Below are positions 50,823 through 53,012 of a stretch of 53,012 bases of DNA, piece by piece; the stretch's first letter is position 1; each line of letters begins with the position of its first letter. A program made the position numbers and the translations under genes. The notes under the pieces were generated by a model that ran no database searches, was not told the origin of the DNA, and was given only the letters and a program-made list of their open reading frames with translations. Source of the stretch: Octopus sinensis (taxonomy: Eukaryota); assembly GCF_006345805.1 (NCBI RefSeq), contig NW_021833846.1:1-53012 (forward strand). Direction: 5' to 3'.

Positions 50823-51874
50823 CTAGCAGAATTGCCCAGCGTTTCTCGGGGCTGAATTGCTTGAAAGTACTGTTAATGATTGCACTGAATTATGGTGATT
50901 ATTCAGGCAAATATTGATATAAATTTACGGCGAATGAACGTATTTGTAAGTGTATAGAAAGCCGTTTAAAGGAGTTCCTACCCCCTTGTAGAATGGTGTA
51001 AGAATTGAATGCGAGGTTGCCTTGAAAAGAGCCATGTTATTGTTCTCATAATTGTAAAAATTTGATAGTCGTGGAAGGCGGTGTCAAACGTTCACAGGTG
51101 AATAGGGTCTCTTCGTTTTCCACAAACGGCAGCGGATGTGCTGTTACAAAACTGTGTTAAAAGAGAATGGATGCCCTATGTAGGCAAGAGGGGAATGAAG
51201 CATGGGTAAGTAAATATAGGTAATTTATAAAATATAGAACAATAGCATCTACTCATCATATGTCAGACTGGCAAAACTGTATTGGTGCTGAATAGATGAA
51301 CCACAACACAGTGGTGAAGATGTTTTCATTGATGGGTGTTATGATTAAATTTGTTGTTGTATAAAATGATCTGTTGCTTAGTTTCCAAAGTGTATGTTGC
51401 GATCGTGTTGTCGCTTATGTAAACTTTAACAGTGAGAGTGTAGATGTAGGGGGTAGATGTGTCATGTAAGTTGGATATAGGAGATGAGGCTGGTGGTTTG
51501 ACGACGAATGGGTAGAAATAGAGGTGAGCAAAGGACAGGTGTTGGTTAAGTGTGAATTAATGTCATGAAACGCCTAAAAATGTAAATGCCATAATATAAG
51601 AGAGTTGTACGTGAGTGAAATACTAACGTGTTCGAAAATGATGAAACTAGTAATGTTGGTTTTACTTTCGGCTGACGTAGCTGAGGTCGTAGGTGAAAGG
51701 GATAGAATCAATCAGTTTTTGACAGGATAAAGAAAAATGTTGTTGTGGTGGTATGAGGTTGATTGTGTTATGTTGTCTGTATGGAAATAAAAGGTCCATA
51801 TTTTTATCCTTCACTTCCTACACACACACACACTCATCCAAGCACACACACACACACTCACACAGACACACATG

Positions 51875-51906
<32 letters not shown>

Positions 51907-52305
51907 CCTTCTTAGCTTTTTTTGAGGAGTGGTTTAAGCATTAATAAGAGAAAGTAGCAGAATGTGTGATGTTGAATAAGAGTGGTAGAAAGAGGACTGA
52001 TATGATAGTGGTATACACTTGCAAAGAGAAAGTAGCAGAAAGTGTGGTAGGTTTAAGGTACACTTGGTGGTAATAGCATGAGTAAAGCATTTGAAATGAG
52101 AGAGGCAAATCGTAAAATATTTACTTTTCTCGAATTTTTGCTTAATTAGGGGTCAAATTGAAAAAATCTTTATATGCCATGACCCAATCGAATCTACTTC
52201 GAAAGATCATAGGTAAATTCCAATTGAAGAAATTCTATATTGTAGAATTGTATTAAAAACGAAGATGGTAACAGGCAGAGAAAATCTGCCTTTTATCATA
52301 AGAGA
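50823..52305 (-). mobile_element. Non-autonomous Helitron, 1483 bp
   Basis: 3' hairpin cccgagaaacgctggg then CTAG|T at 50826-50823; 5' A|TCTCTTATGATAAAAGGCAG at 52305. Both ends match those of 31631-34013. Confidence 0.82.
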
Positions 52306-52306
52306 T

Positions 52307-53012
52307 AAGGTGACTCCCCAAACAATATCATTGCAACGGCACTTAAAAGCAATGATTTCTCCAGGACCACCGCCCAGATAGAGCAAGAGAAATGCGAATT
52401 CCTCTGTTCATATGCTCTAATTAGGGAATACATGGACACACTGGACATCATCTTGGGAGGTGACTGCACCAGGGATGACAAAAAGGATGGAGAAAGCATC
52501 CGGGGCCCAACAAAAGACACAACTGAGAGACCTGCAACCATGGGAAACACAACTTAAGACCAAAGAGGTGTGATGGCCAAAAAAAAAGGAAAGCACCTTA
52601 AAATCGACGGAAAGCAAGAGGTAAAAGAAAAGAAAACAAAAACAACAAAAACTATTCAGAAAAAACAGAAGAGCCCCAGCAAGAGCTACAAGGGCAAAAG
52701 CAGGAGCATCTGCAAATTCTATCTGAAAGGAGACTGCTGGCTTGGCGATGATGGTGCAAACTGTCGTTTTGCACATTAGAAGCCCTGCTAAAACTGCATG
52801 AACCCAAGACAAAAATCCCTCCCATGAGGAGGACAAAAAGAAAAAAAAATATCAAAGAAGGAAAAACGGGGCACTGACTACTCCTGAAAGACGACATGCG
52901 GATGTAGTGTGCAGTCCAAAAAGGATACTGCATAGCCCAACAAATGGCCAGCTTCACCCAGATGTGAGAAGGGCAGCAGCTGAACAGTAATCTTTTTTGT
53001 GCATAGCACAAA
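52307..53012 (+). mobile_element. 5' region of a second CCCH-finger CR1-group LINE (runs off window)
   Basis: Lys-rich segment then CKFYLKGDCWLGDDGANCRFAH; 52890-53012 is homologous to 38535-38625. Confidence 0.78.

Noticed and set aside
41753-50917. Dozens of long Tyr/Ile/Met/Cys/Val-rich ORFs (also at 11909-12284 and 35370-35860)
   Set aside because: They are translations of (TA)n/(TATG)n microsatellites, which lack stop codons in most frames.
34869-53012. Further cadherin cytoplasmic exons
   Set aside because: I found no convincing phase-1 exon with cadherin-like sequence; the remainder probably lies beyond the window.

Overview
AT-rich, repeat-dense eukaryotic DNA. The SINE families and huge (TA)n/(TAGA)n/(TATG)n tracts suggest an octopus or other cephalopod; this is inference, not a database result. 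The only host gene I can support is a + strand cadherin-23/Cad87A-like cadherin. Eight GT-AG exons (2791-34868; 1023 nt, all splice phases compatible) encode the last EC repeats, a membrane-adjacent (MAD/SEA-like) domain, the TM helix and the start of the cytoplasmic tail; both gene ends lie outside the window. The introns hold decayed transposons: a full-length DD34D mariner nested in an RTE LINE, a DD36E Tc1-like element, other mariner/Tc1 relics, two related non-autonomous Helitrons, CR1-group LINEs (one near full length with a CCCH finger upstream of EN-RT), RTE, Tx1-like and Zenon-like fragments, and tRNA-derived SINEs. Most notable are (i) minimal type I hammerhead-ribozyme motifs and long fold-back palindromes in or beside AT microsatellites, typical of Penelope-like elements, two with a CCGAAGA core and one core-intact copy sense to the cadherin pre-mRNA, and (ii) an orphan SLC25 mitochondrial-carrier exon in phase with the last cadherin exon. 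Most long ORFs in the track are microsatellite artefacts.
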